From Stegostoma tigrinum (Eukaryota), in the NCBI RefSeq assembly GCF_030684315.1, contig NC_081371.1:32607440-32671439 (forward strand): a stretch of DNA of 64,000 bases, in the 5' to 3' direction. Below, in pieces: positions 1 through 13,264 of the stretch (within the stretch, counting starts at the first letter, position 1; each line of letters begins with the position of its first letter). Below the pieces are notes generated by a model. The model did no database searches and was not told where the DNA came from. It saw only the letters and a program-made list of their open reading frames with translations. The position numbers and the translations under genes were made by a program.

Positions 1-88
1 CGTGATCATGATGAGGTGATTGTGAGGAATGGCAGAGCAGGCTTGAGGGGCTGAATGGCCTTCTGCTCCTATCTTCTGTGTTTCTTTA
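1..88 (+). mobile_element. CR1 LINE 3' UTR fragment
   Basis: gaatggcagagcaggcttgaggggctgaatggccttctgctcctat matches the 3' ends of the CR1 copies at ~47000-47060 and ~60215-60280. Confidence 0.7.
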
Positions 89-1669
89 TAAGACCAGTGA
101 ATAGTTGGTGCAGTTGATCAAAGCCAGTACTAAATGTAGAATGCCTTTTGTATTTATTCAAATTCATGAAAGGGAACAGCTTTGATGCATTTTGAGATCT
201 TCAGAGTGGTTAGAAAACCAATGTATAACTTTTAAGTAGTATAAGAGGAAAGCTTATAAAGAAACCTTTAATACTAATCTATGGAAATGGAGTCCTGGGT
301 GGTACAGAGGGTGTCACAATGGGCTGCTCTGACACTTGTGTGATGCTGCATCTTCACACTTTAGACCTCTTGACCCTCAGCCTATTAAAAATTTCAGCTA
401 CTGGATTGAGGTGCCTTTTAAACCTTGTTTAAAAATATGCAAGGCTACTTGCCACATTATTGTGTTATCCCTTTAATTGCTGCTGTTCCATCAAATGTAA
501 TTTATATACACTTTTTTTTCCAGTTCCAGTACTCTGCACCTGGCTCTATGCATGATTATGGAAACAATTTGCTCTGTTAAAACTGGGTACAAATAGTACA
601 TGTCCATTCACATCAATATAAACCTCACTTCTAGAATTGCAGGTACAAGATCTATCAGATTAGAAAATATAGGACAGCTGAGTCTAACTCCTTTGAGTTG
701 ATCATTTTGTAGTATTTTGAGTCCCAGATGTTGTCAAGACAGAGAGGATTTTTCATCAATCAGTGACCAAACTTTATAATATAATTTCTCATTTCCACCT
801 TAGTGAAATTGTGGTTCATCATCAGGATGGTAGCATAGCTGGCCTCCAGCCCATGCACCCAGATGACTTTAGAGATTTAGAGCACAGTGGTGGTGGGGGT
901 GGGGGGGAGGGGTGGAAAGAAGCTTCCCAGGCATTAATAATTCAACGTAGAACAGGGTAGGACAATGCTTCTAGGGTAAGCCTCAATGTCTGCAATAGCC
1001 TAGTGTTGCCAGTGATATCCATACTGCTGCTAAGCATGGAACAAAACAGAGTTTGACATTGCTGGTCATGCATTAACTGAAGGGAGGCATGTCAATCCTG
1101 TAAAGTCTAAATAAATATGGGAGACCACAAGAGCACAAGGTGTGAGAGATGTTACATAGCAGGGAAATACATTCCCAGTGGAACACTGAGACTTGACAGA
1201 CTTTTCACCATTGCATTGGGCAGTTGATAGACAATAACAACAAAATGTTTCTCACAAGCATGGACAGTTAATAGAAAACTAAGAACCATCACCCTGATTG
1301 AAAGTTTGTGACTGATGCAAGATTCTACCATGCATCATATAAAATGTTGATTTTTGAAAAAAAAAGGGCTTAGTTATTATATCTTTGTGGCATCCAAAAC
1401 TAACTGTGTTTTCAAATTGCATGATTGCTTGCACTCAAATCTGTATCATCTAGGCTAATGGCCTGTACAGGTTTTGTTTACAACCACACCAGAAAGCAAA
1501 ATTAAATGGGAAAATTGAAATTAGTTATAATGGATACCTCTTATTTTCAGAACTTTATGCTAGCTATCTAGGACAGCAAAAAAAAGGAGTAATAAAACCG
1601 AGCTTTGCAATTATATTTGCCAAGAGTGCAGAAAGACTTACCAAGGCATCATTCTCATATAATGATCAT

Positions 1670-2588
1670 CTTAGAGTCATAGAGTATTGCAAAATGGAAA
1701 AAGGCCCTTCAGCCCAAACACAGGCCCGTGATGACCATGGTGCCCACTTAGCTAGTTCCAGTTGCCCGCATTTGGCCCATATCCCTTTAAACACATCCCA
1801 TCCATGTACCTGTCCAGATGTTATTTAAATGTTGCTATTATACCTGCCTGAAATGCTTTCTCCAACAGCCCATTCCATATCCGCACCACTGTCTGCATGA
1901 AGAAGTTGCCCCTCAGGCCCCACTTAAATCTATTCCCTCTCAGGTTAAACCTTTGCCCCCTCCTTTTCAATTCCCTATCCCTGGGAAAAAGGCTATATGC
2001 ATTCATCTTGTCTATGCCCCTTATGATTTTATACACCTCAATAAGGCCACCTGTCATTCTTTTACTTTCCAAGGAATAAAGTCCTATCATGGCCAACCTC
2101 TCCCTGTAACTCAGACCTACTAGACCTGGCAACAACAACATAAATCTTATTTGCACACTTTCCAGTTTAACTATTCTTTCCTATAACAGTTCTGAGGAAA
2201 GGCCACCAGAACCGAAACATTAACTCCGATTTTTATTTTCTCCACAAATGCTGCCAGACTTGCTGAGCTTTTCCAGCAACTTCTGTTTTTGTTCCTGATT
2301 TATGGTATCTGCAGTTCTTTCAATTTTTATTTAGATCAAATCTGTACACAATGCTCCAAGTGCGGCCTCCCCAACAACTTAAACGACTGTAACATGACAT
2401 CCCAACTCCTGTACTGAGTTCCTGGACCGATGAAGGCCAGCGTGCTAAATGCCTTCTTCACAACCCTGTCCAGCTGTGATGCCACTTTCAACAGTTGTGT
2501 ACTTGTACTCCTTGGGTTGTCTGTCCCACAGCACTCATCAGGATCTTACCATTGACTTTATAAGTACTGCCTTGGTTTGAGTCCAAAG
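1670..2588 (-). mobile_element. 5'-truncated CR1 LINE (RT C-terminus plus 3' UTR), interrupted at 2191-2332
   Basis: ORF 1821..2156 (LSYRERL..GLYSLE..R..GGLIEVYKIIRG...NFFMQTVVRIWNGL) is a typical CR1 ORF2 C-terminus. Collinear CR1 sequence resumes at 2333. Confidence 0.9.
2191..2332 (+). mobile_element. PLE terminal-repeat fragment with degenerate HHR, inserted into CR1
   Basis: ctgaggaaaggccaccagaaccgaaacattaac...gatgctgccagacttgctgagcttttccagcaac-like sequence is homologous to 62776-62905. Confidence 0.8.
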
Positions 2589-3605
2589 AAAGAGAAGAAG
2601 AGTTGGACAGACAAATGAGTGGATAATGAACAGCCTAGGAGAATGAATACCTGCTAATGGGGACTATTAGTAGCAAACAATAGGTTGTGTGTAATAGCTG
2701 ACCATGTGATAAGAAGGCCTGGTGTGCGCGGGTTGGGTAAGGACATTGGAGAAGGTGACTCAAGTCCTAAAATTGTTAAACTCACTATTGATTCCAGAAG
2801 GATGTAGAGTTCCCAAATGGAAAATGTGTTGTTCTTCCAGCTTGCGCTGAGCTTCATTGGAACACTGCAGCAAGCCTGAGACAGAAATGTTTCCCAGAGA
2901 ACAAGGTGGTGCATTGAGGGGCCAAGTGCTGAGAAGCTCAAGATCATTTTTATGGACAGAACATAAGTGTTCTGTGAAACGGCCACCCAGCCTATGTTTC
3001 ATTTCCCCTATGTAGAAGAGACTGCCTGCACTTCACTCAATCAAGGCTACTGCATTCGCTGCTCACAAGGTAAAGTGCTGCTTTGCCTAGAAGATGTGTT
3101 TGGGTCCTTGCATACTGAGGAGCGAGGAGGTAAATGGGCAAGCGTTACACCTTCTCAGTTGCAGGGGAATTTGCCAGGGCGGGGTGGGGGGGGGTGGTGG
3201 GGGTGGTGGTGGTTGCTGTGAGAGGTATTGGGAATGAAGGAGGAGTGGACCAGGGTGTCCTGGAGGGAACAGTCCCTGCAGAAGGTGGACAAGGGAAGGG
3301 AGGGGAATATGTGTCTGGAGGTGGTGGAAATGGCAGCTAATGATCCTGTGGATGTGGATGCTGGTGGGATGGTAGGTGAGGACAAGGGGAATGCCATCAC
3401 TGTTGTGGGAGGGAATGGAGGGCCCTGTAAGCTACGGTGCTGGGGAATCCTCAGTTGAGGAAGAATGTGAACATTTTGGAAGCCCTCAGTCAAAGTTGTA
3501 ATTATGGGAACAGATGCACAAGAGATGGAGTAGAATTTTCATAGGAAGCAGGGTGTGAGGATGTATAGTCAAGGTAACTGTAGGAGTCAATTGGTTTGTA
3601 CTGGA
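2589..3605 (-). mobile_element. Penelope-like retroelement fragment (linker plus GIY-YIG endonuclease, decayed)
   Basis: ORF 2760..3002 (KHRLGGRFTEHLCSV...RKLEEQHIFHLGTLHPSGINSEF) is homologous to the endonuclease ORF at 54259..54588. The linker RHIFPSLPLSTFCRDCSLQDTLVHS (ORF 3155..3493) matches ORF 54662..54886. Confidence 0.9.
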
Positions 3606-3990
3606 TTAATTTTCTTCCCTGATTAATTTCAGGGCAGAGAAATGTATCATGCAGCCCATTGCCATTTGAGGCCCTCTGACGGGCAACTAGAAATGAAATC
3701 AGCTGGCAAGGGACTTGACCATTTCAGAAGCATGATAGGGATTGTTTGTGAGCTTCAAGGGGTTCTTCCTCATCAAAGATACTTTGTGCTTGATTGGGAT
3801 AGCCGTCATCGGGGAGGGTTGCCCATTGTAAGTAATTTCCATCATTACTGCTGCCCCATATTCTCTGACCACCGCACTGTGATTTCGCTTCCACCATGCC
3901 GCCTGTGTCCCTTGGTGATCCAAGGCCTTGGATGGATGGCACTCCAAAGCATCCACCGCCTCCCCAGTCATGCTGCTGAGTGGAGATGAG

Positions 3991-4168
3991 GTCAGAAATC
4001 ACATGACACTGGTTTTATTTGAAAATGCAAGCTTTCAGAGCGGAGCCCAATAAAGGGTCTATGTTCCAAAAGCTTGTCATTTCAAATAAACCCATTGGAC
4101 TATATAACCTGGTGTTGTGTGATTTCTGACATTATCCATCCCAATCTAACACAGGCACCGCCACATCA
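3991..4168. mobile_element. Inverted-repeat PLE-derived mini-element with decayed HHR core (separate lineage)
   Basis: Left arm gtcagaaatcacatgacac..ttatttgaaaatgcaagctttc is the reverse complement of right arm aaagcttgtcatttcaaataa..gtgttgtgtgatttctgac. A ~38 nt tail is present on the right only. Confidence 0.65.
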
Positions 4169-5154
4169 AGAGTAGAGGGGAACTACTGGTTTCTGACCAA
4201 TAGGTGCCCAAAACCGCTGTCACCTCATGTGGATCCATCTATTGAGTATGCACCAAGCTTTACTACCTATTACAAAGATCATGAATACATACGGTTAACA
4301 TCATGCTCTACTCTTTCAGGGATAATTCAGTGGTAATGGAATAAATCACTTGTTATCATTTTATGTAGATTACTTTTTTTTGCCATTTATTGTGTGCATA
4401 ATGCTGAGTTTCAGTTGATAAGAGGTATGGGCTGACCATGGTCACCTTTTTCAGTGAGCACAAATAAGGAATATTGGTGTGTAATCTGAAGGCCCCCACT
4501 ATTTTTCCACATCTATTTATTGCTGACTAGACAAATTAATTTCATTGGCACTATTACACTGTACTTCTTAATACTAAATTGTAAGTTTTACTAATTATGA
4601 AATAGTCATCCTGCATTAATGACTACTTTATTGGAATAAAGCATAAAATCTGTATTTGAAAAATTAAACCTTTTTGAGGCTTTTACTATGATGATTTGAA
4701 ATGCTTTCTACAACTAATAATTAAATAAACACAATGTTAAAAATAAACTCCTGTGCCTAGAAGGAACAAAGAATAATGGCTCAATCAATGCAAATGGTGA
4801 CAAACAAGAGCCACATTAGACCAACAAAGCTAATACACTTCACTACTCAACAAATATTTTGCAATGTTCTATAAACAGTCTCTAAAAGCTTGTTGACCAG
4901 ATCAGTGCTGTTTTCATTATATTGACTACAGTTCTAAACATTAATTTAATGAATGTATCACATAATGGCAGCTGCACGTCAGTAAATAATAAATAATGAT
5001 TTTTAAATGGAATACACTCGTAAAACAAGCTTATAAAGCTGTTAGGTATCATATGCAAAACATGAAGTCATGAAGTTCTTTGAGTATTAGTGGGAGTACA
5101 ATTTGTACAAAGGTATAATATGCGGTAAGGCATGTTTAATTCACGATTGTGGCT

Positions 5155-5318
5155 NNNNNNNNNNNNNNNNNNNNNNNNNNNNNNNNNNNNNNNNNNNNNN
5201 NNNNNNNNNNNNNNNNNNNNNNNNNNNNNNNNNNNNNNNNNNNNNNNNNNNNNNNNNNNNNNNNNNNNNNNNNNNNNNNNNNNNNNNNNNNNNNNNNNNN
5301 NNNNNNNNNNNNNNNNNN
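5155..5318. other. N-run, 164 nt (gap or masked sequence)
   Basis: Directly visible run of N. Confidence 0.98.
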
Positions 5319-7164
5319 TTGTAACACTAAGTAACCTTCGAATTCAAGTTGTTTAGGAAGGGGAAAATTCAATCTTGTACATATAGTACTCCTGTCACTT
5401 TGGTAGATGGTCTGAAAGCCTTAAGATTAATTACAGTGATAGAGACTTTCAAATGTAAAATATAGTACTTATCTTTGAAGAGATATTGTAAAGTATATAG
5501 CAGCATATGATTGTCAGATAATACATTTCTGCTTTAATTTGAGAAGTGTTCATTCTGTGATTGAAAACGTAGTTTTAAAATATGGATTGGCCTACAACTT
5601 GCACCAACAGACTAAAGGTTAAGAAAATATCATTTTCGCTCAAAAATGAATGTTCTTTCCTAACTGAGCTGTAGTACATGTATAGTCATGAAATAAAATT
5701 TTATTATTTCAATTCCAAGTTTTTAAACTTGTATTATCCATCTGCTCCTGTTTTTTTTTTAACTGCATTGATCCATTGAGTATGATTTATAAGGGTTATC
5801 TGCATCCATCTCAATGTTTTTAACTTGGGAATATTAGCATACTAAACTGCTGCTATGGAAAAATTTGTGGAAAATCTAAAGGCGTGTTCGTAAACATGCT
5901 GAGAGGGCATTCATGGAAATGTCAGCACAGCATCAGAAATATTGTGATAAATTGAAAACTCAATTCAACTGCAGATGTTTGCTAACTGTATATTCTTCAG
6001 AAAAAAAAACCTTTGACAGACATTTTCTAATTTACAAATTGACAATCTAATGACATGTCACATCAAATGCATTATGAACTCATCTCTGCATTAAGTCGGT
6101 GGTAAAAGTGACAAACAACTCTCATGAAAGATTTTCGTGAAGAGACTGACTACATACCTAATGAATAATGGAAACAACCAAAGTGTCAGTTATACCATGT
6201 TTTGTGTGCATACACATATGTTGAACAGATTAAATAATTGTTGATAGATTTATCATTGCAATGTTGTCGGCAAAATGGGTAGGATTGGCAACGGTGGACA
6301 TGAATTTCAGTGCCAGGAAACTTATCTAACGTCTCATTGGGTTATTGTTGCAGAACAGAGCCAAGGGACACTTCAGATCATTTCACTCAATAATTTTGTC
6401 GAATAAGGTAGGACCACAAACAAAATATTGTTAAGAAACAGAAATATGGTTAACGTTTCTGTATAGATTACAATTTTGCTAATCTTCAACTTCAGAAGTT
6501 GAATTAACATTTTATCTAGCTCTTTTTATATCTGTTTACTTTTTAAAGATTTAGTTGTAAATATTTTGTGTTTTTTAATGAAAGGAGAGAGGGCAAGTTT
6601 CTCCTCAGTAATAGTAACCACCATCATTTTGCCTACAATTAAGACAAACATTTTCCTTGTCTACTGCACTCTTACTGCTAAATTAGTTTAATCAATCACA
6701 TTTTCTTGCTCCTGTTTTGGAGAAGCCTATGACAGAATCTAATTGTAACAAGAGCAGGGGAACGGATTTGCATGAATTAAAATTAAGAGGAGCAAGCTAG
6801 GGATGTTGCCAGTTTAGGGGGACAAAGAGCTGAAAAGCAGGACATGTTGAGCTATTGATACCAAAAAAAAATTTTAAGTAAAAAGAAGTTTTTAAATTGA
6901 AATTGTGAAATTGGTCTTGGATAAGAGCAATAACAGGCAATAGGTGTGCCTCCAGCTCTGCCTACCAAATTTTATTTTCTATGTTCGTCCCTTAAAGTAC
7001 CTGTTTCAGTGGGATATACAAATGCACACAGAGGCAACTTGGTAGCAATGTCAGTTTCTCTGTCCTTTTTATTATGGCAAGATATGATATTTTTCTTAAA
7101 ATTCAGGAAACTACTGTGTATATATACAAGAATACATTGCTGCCTTTGCTACCTGTCTGGTAAC

Positions 7165-8940
7165 TGGGGTGTGCATTTTCCCAAAATGGGTTGGTTATGG
7201 GGAGTTGTATAGGGGACTCCACCACCCCTCAGCCCCCACTATGAGATCCAGCAAGGATTTTCATGCAATTTTACACTACTGACCTCATTATGCTTGCACC
7301 ACACCTCTACAGCACTGCGCCGTCATGCACTCACCAGACACAAAACTACTCACTATGACCGGGATCATCTTGGGTTTTGCTGCTGAGGTCATATTTACGC
7401 TCCAGCTACTCACTAGGTCAAACACTACCGGCTTCAAATAGCCCTTCACAGTACAAGTACTGAAGGGAAATGATAAAGAAATGTTTCTGAGGATACACGG
7501 GTGGCATCTCATTGCAAATACAAGCTCGTAAAGGCGTTGTTATTCTACATCACTACCTGTCAGATCAACGATCATTGCAACTGCAACTACATGAATCGAG
7601 CGATGCAAGCTATCCATCCTTATCAACACAACATGTTAGAACCCTGTCTGAAGGAGAGCTACTCCTTTCCTAATGTCGAGCATAGCATAACTTATTGTCA
7701 TTGCAATGCTTCCGCATTGAACATTTTGGAAAGCCTTCAAACAGTTAAAAACATGAACTTTTATTGAACAACAAAAATGAAGGAAACAGCGAATAAAAAG
7801 AGCTGCATTTGCTTATAGGAATAAATGGTCTGCTTTCTTTTTTTAAGCATCAACAAATTTACAGTCAATGAATGATCACTGCACCCAGCATCTATTGGAA
7901 CCGGGCGAATCCTGCCTGGCTGGTGTGCTTTATCATTCTGAAGGTGATGTTCCTCCTTTTCAGTGTCCTCATTTTCTCCTCAGAAGACTGAACCCACTCT
8001 TCCATCTGTTCAGTGGCCATCATGCCCCCTCTTTGCCAGCTTCAGTTTTTGGAGAGCACAGCCTACTAGGATAATGCAGCACACTCTGTCTGGACAATAC
8101 TAGAAGGCCTCATTCCAGGTTGATCCATTTATTGGCACCTCACCTTCAGGTTTATCATCTGCTCCCTTACAGAAGAATGGGCTCCATTGAATCTGCACAC
8201 AGCCTCAGTTGGGCTTGTGTAATGGAGTCATCAGCCATAGTTGCAGAAGGTAGCCCTTGTCTCCCGATAACTGTCCTTGTGAGGCACACACCCCTTGAAA
8301 CGCAAAGCAAATGGTATTGAGGATGAGGTATTAAGGTTGATTGCCAAGGGGATCAAGGGTTAGGGGGAGAAAGTGGGAGAATGGGGTTGAAAAACTTATC
8401 ACCCATGATTGAATGGTGGAGTAGACTTGATGGGCTGAATGGCCTAATTTCTGCTCCTCTATCTTATGGTCTTATGATAAACTCTGGGCCTCCTGTACCA
8501 TCTCTGTGTCCTAAAGGGGCCTTCAATCTGTGCATTCATGCAGAGTTTCTTCAGTGGCTACTTGAGGTTGCTGTTAGTCCTGGGCATATTGGCGCATTTC
8601 ATTCTCCTCAACTTTTATCTGTACCTTTTGTAACACCCCAGCCCACATTGATGATAACCTCTTGTGTCTGGATTTACTGGTCATGTTTCCAGTGAACCTC
8701 CGTGGTACATTATCAAAAACAGAATAGGTTCTTAGTGATGTGAACAGTCAGCATTCATATCAGTTACAAATGATGGTTTCGCATATTTCTCCATACAGTG
8801 GTTCATGGAGGACTCTGAGAAAGAAATGCCTCTATATGGATCTTTGATATACCAGATCTTCTTCCAATGTATGCAATACAAACCATGCCATTATGGCACA
8901 AAATTGTAAATGCGGAGGATTAATAAAATCTTGCCCCCCT
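7165..8940. mobile_element. Possible highly decayed PIF/Harbinger DNA transposon remnant
   Basis: GC-elevated block with GGG../..CCC terminus-like ends. ORF 7501..7767 KLVKALLFYITTCQ weakly resembles the HARBI1-type VKVTxALxFYAxGSFQ motif. Confidence 0.3.
8335..8477 (+). mobile_element. CR1 3' end fragment
   Basis: ggggatcaagggttaggggg...gatgggctgaatggcctaatttctgctcc with a (tcttatgg)-type tail like that at 60265-60282. Confidence 0.85.
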
Positions 8941-9105
8941 CATGTACACCTCCAACATCACTTAAGAAATGGTGCACTGCACATTATCATTGTTTGTCAC
9001 CAAATACTTATTCACGGTTAGAGGAAATCAGTCTTTGTGTAGCCTTTGGGACCTTGGATTGTCTTTGTCGCATTATGGGCCAAAATTCACAATAACGCCA
9101 CCTGT

Positions 9106-9226
9106 GATAATGAAGTGTAGAGCTGGATGAACATAGCAGGCCAAGCATCAGGTGAACAGGAAGGCGTTCATCCAGCTGTACCCCAAATATCTCAGATTCT
9201 CCAGCATCGGCAGTTTCTACGATCTC
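9106..9226. mobile_element. Inverted-repeat PLE mini-element with centre (HHR cores) deleted
   Basis: Arms agctggatgaac / gttcatccagct are homologous to 25909-26130. Flanked by an imperfect 14-bp TSD ataacgccacctgt (9092-9105) / atgaagccacctgt (9227-9240). Confidence 0.8.
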
Positions 9227-12200
9227 ATGAAGCCACCTGTATCTACTTCTGCTTCACAGAGGTGATGAGATCCATTTGCAATGACCAATGACCTGGTCAA
9301 GATTGCCTTTGACCAGTATTTGTATCCTGCACGCTTAGACACATGATTCACATGCAGCATACAATGACTACAGACATCTTCAGTCTGTACTACCTAATGT
9401 CTGCTCATTGTAATTGCCCCATTTGCAGGGCCTTGTATCACTCAAATGCTGCAAATTCACACAAAAATAAAACACTTACTCCACCCAGTGCAAGTATGGT
9501 CACAGCCATTTTCCATTTCCATTACACACTTGTGATTTGGATGAGGATGGAAGGCAGCACAGGTCACATATCACCAAGTGAATCCCAGGCTCAGCCTCGT
9601 AATGTAAATCACCCCTTCGTAGTTTAGCCATGCTAGCCATCATACTGCATTACCTTTCCATTGAAGCTAGGGTGATGACTCAGCAGTAACCCATGTTCTC
9701 GAATGCAGTGTTGCACTACAATCTCCCACCTGTATATGTTCAGATCCCTCTTTTCATGTTTATTCCCCTCTTTATATCTCCGCATGCTGCTGCAAACCCC
9801 AACTTCCTTCCCACAGTGATAGTCCCTGGTAGTTCTTCCCTTCCACCCTTTTATTTTCAGTGAATGAACCCCTAGGACTGACAGTGGCCCACTTCCCACA
9901 CTAATGATGCAGAACCACTAACCCTGACCACACAATTATGTCCAAATCCCTCGACTGAGCTTGGATGCTGCGAGCGACTCTGTGGTGGAACCACTGAATT
10001 GACAATGGTCCCTTTTGACTTCAATGAAGACCGCATTCCTTAGCCACTGGGACACCATTTGGCTGAAGCACATACAGTATGTTTGTCAAATTAGGGGCAG
10101 GTGAATGCCCCAGGTGTGACTTTGATTTTGCATTGTGCTGTACAGCAAGATGTTCACCTCCCTTGACTGATCACTGCTGGCAACTGTAACAAGCTGTCTG
10201 GCTTTGTGTCTACATTAAAAAGTAGGAGAAGACACAGTGAGTTTGTATGTTCTGAGTGAGGCAGCAAGGTGCAAAAAGGCAAGTGGGAAATGCTGCGAGC
10301 ATCCAAGTAAGCACAAAGTGAGTGAGCACCGTAAGAGCAAGTGAAGAACCCTGGGGTACGCTGTGCTCAAATCCAGGGGTGGGTGCTAGTCCCAACACAG
10401 AAGATGCCCTGGTAGCAGCACTACAATGGAAGGTGCCAGTGTGGTCCTAAATGCAGATTTGCAGTAGACAACCTGTATTCTAAGGGGGTGCATAGATAGG
10501 TTCTGATGATGTGGTGAGGCTGGTGCATGATCGTTGGAAACCTTTGTGGATGGGGCATGCAGCCAGTCACTGCCCGTGGAGTGTAATCTGAAATATTGGG
10601 GCCTGCTGTCCAAGGTGTAGGCTGGAGGAATAAGTGGTGAGCTGGAGCTGCCAGAGACCTGCCTTGACTTTCATGTTGGGGATTATTGCTAGCTACTTTC
10701 ACTCTACTGTGTGGGAGAATATGAAATGACAAATAAGTGAGGCGAGATGATGTGCCGATGAGATGTAAGTGTATGCACGTCAGCCTGTCACCCCTCGCTA
10801 GTGAGATTTTCATCTCGCTATTCAAACCTTGGGTGTAAAATTGGACTTATTTCCTCAATATTGAAAATGCAATTTTTAAAAATTTACCATAATTTCCCAA
10901 CTGACATACCATTACCCATATTCAGGGACTCGGAAAATAAATCTTTTGATTTTCAGTTAATTGGAAAATTGTTCCTGTTCTATAAATGGAAGGTGATCCA
11001 CTCCAACAGATTACTTCCGAGGTGGAAAGGAGAGAAATCAACCCCCCTTTGTCCATATTCAAATTTATGCTTTTAGTGCACTGGTCTTGTGGCTGGTAAT
11101 GGCATTGGCCAGTTCTAACTGAATTCTTTCCTTCTGTGTAATATTATGCCTTCCAACTGATAACAATGGGGCTGCTAATAATTTATACCCTTAGAAATGT
11201 TCAGCATGAAAAAAGAACATTCAACGCAGTCTTAGTGCCAGTTCTTTGCTTTTTTAAAAAAATATTTAAATTGTTTCTCTGCCTCCCCATTACCTTTTTA
11301 TACCTCATAATATATCCTCCATTTTCTATGCTACATCTGTAAAACAGTGCCTTTGTTGGAATATTGCAGCTGTTGGTTTAATTTGGAGGCAAATGCTACA
11401 TTATCCTAATTTTCCTGTTTTAATTCTTGTCTTGTGGTTATTGCAACATTTAACTGATGGTAAGTTACTTCGGAGTCCTGTCATCAGAACAGAGCTTTCT
11501 GGCTATTTATTTATCTCACCAGACCAATGGATTTAAGTTTTTTTTTCTTAACATGTAACTTACTTTATTTTTTGTTTTATATGCACCAAGATATTGATTG
11601 ACCAAACTTTGATATTCATTATTAGAAATACCGGTAGAGATAATTGGTTTAAGACCAGGAGATAGAAATTTAGCTTATTTGTACTGATTTTTATTTATGT
11701 TCTATGTGTGCCCTTCATGCTCCAAAAATGGTTCTGTATTCACAATGCCTGTGCAGACTTGTAGAGTGAAAAGCACCAGATTCCAAGTTATGGTGTACCA
11801 TTAGTATAAGCAGACACAGTAACTGTCCGTGAAACATACTGATGTTGTGAGTTGTGATGTATCTGCATTCAATCAGCGTGCACAGTGGATATAGTACCAG
11901 TGGTACCATTTTGGAGCTAAGCAGTGTAGCCAGTGTGTGCTCATATTTCACACAGCTGAATGCATATTCAATTGGAGAAGGACACTCACACCCCCATCTT
12001 TTAAATTGATTGTCAACTACGGGTTCATTGATGTTTAATTTCTTGTGGCTATTGCAGCATTTTCTGAGTATTTGCTGCTTACTGTACTCAGTTCAAGTTA
12101 CAAAATTCTGCAGGAATAGTATGGTGAATGCTCACAAACGTTGCCTTGACTTCAAGACTTGTGGACAAACCAGTTTCTCTAAATATAGCTTGCGCAGAGT

Positions 12201-12654
12201 ATACATTCCCCTTGGATGCAGAAAAATGTTGAGAGTAAGCAGAGGTCACATTTAGCATAGGAAACCGCTGGAACACGATGAAGGAAGAACAGGAGTCTCA
12301 GCAGGAGGCCATATCCACCTAAAAGTTTTCAGAGGACAATTCTCCACCAGACTGCAGTGAAAAGCAATCTATGAGATGGCTGTACTTCAGTAATGCGGCT
12401 CTCACTGAAATCAGACACCTGCAGTGACTACACATACAAACTCTAACTTTATAGACGGGTGAGAATGGCATCACCTATGTCTCTGAAACTGATCATGACC
12501 ACGAATATTTAGTCATTAGTTTCATTTTGATAAGAGGCACTATATTTGTAGTGTCTTTTCATTTGCCTTCCATTGTTGTAAGAGCAAAGTTACTGAGGCT
12601 TCTTGTTCTTAAAGACCTTACTACAGTTTATTTTCTTTCACCAAAGACAAGCAG

Positions 12655-12743
12655 ACAGAGTGGAGCTGGAGGAACACAGCAGGCCAGGCAGCATCAAAGA
12701 GCAGGAAAGTTGATGTTTTGGATTAGGACCCTTCGTCAGAAAT
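12655..12743 (-). mobile_element. PLE terminal-repeat arm with decayed HHR (left arm of composite)
   Basis: Reverse complement reads ttCTGACGAagggtcctaatccAAAAcatcaactttcctgctctttgatgctgcctggcctgctgtgttcctccagctcc. Confidence 0.85.
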
Positions 12744-12748
12744 TGCAA

Positions 12749-13135
12749 GTGCTTGTTGACCAACAGGCTAGACATCAGAATTTTTAACATGGAAGTCAGA
12801 CTAAGCTGACTTCTTTCTTCAAAGGACTTCCAAATTGGACACCTCGTGCCAACACTTCAGGGCCTGCTGCATGGGCACCAGCCACATGAGCCCCATAAAT
12901 ACAGATATTGACATTTGACATGTGACAATCTGTAAGAACCTTCATGACACATCTTCGATCCAGAGCATTACAGTTGCACCGGCAATTATCACTGCAGTAT
13001 TGTGCAGCAAGTACACTAGCATTCATACACAAGTACCCAAACCATGGACTGGACCAAACTGCATCTCCGGGCTCTTTGCTTACTCTCTTACCACTCACTG
13101 GTTCTGTCTAGATACTTGGAGCATCCTTCTCTCAC
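12749..13135 (+). repeat. ~390 bp direct copy of 14807-15196, enclosed between inverted PLE arms
   Basis: Collinear match, roughly 80-85% identical by eye, e.g. ctgtaagaaccttcatgacacatcttcgatcca and cacaagtacccaaaccatggactggacca in both copies. Confidence 0.95.
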
Positions 13136-13264
13136 ATTTCTGAAGAAGGGTCCTGACCCCCAACATCAACCTTCCTGCTCCTCTGATGCTGCCTGGCCTA
13201 CTGTGCTCCTCTAGCTCCACACTGTGTTATCTGTGACTCCAGCATCAGCACTTCTTACTATCTC
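13136..13264 (+). mobile_element. PLE terminal-repeat arm with decayed HHR and 3' tail (right arm of composite)
   Basis: ttCTGAAGAagggtcctgacccccaacatcaaccttcctgctcctctgatgctgcctggcc followed by the tail gactccagcatcagcacttcttactatctc. Confidence 0.85.

Noticed and set aside
885-916. G-rich tract with G-quadruplex potential (also 3177-3212)
   Set aside because: Simple poly-G slippage tracts in or near repeats, with no sign of function.
5103-5372. ORFs spanning N-runs (also 17203-17596 and 18299-18532)
   Set aside because: They are open only because of X residues.
6485-6503. 9-bp inverted repeat ttcaacttc-a-gaagttgaa
   Set aside because: Short enough to arise by chance in 64 kb of AT-rich DNA.
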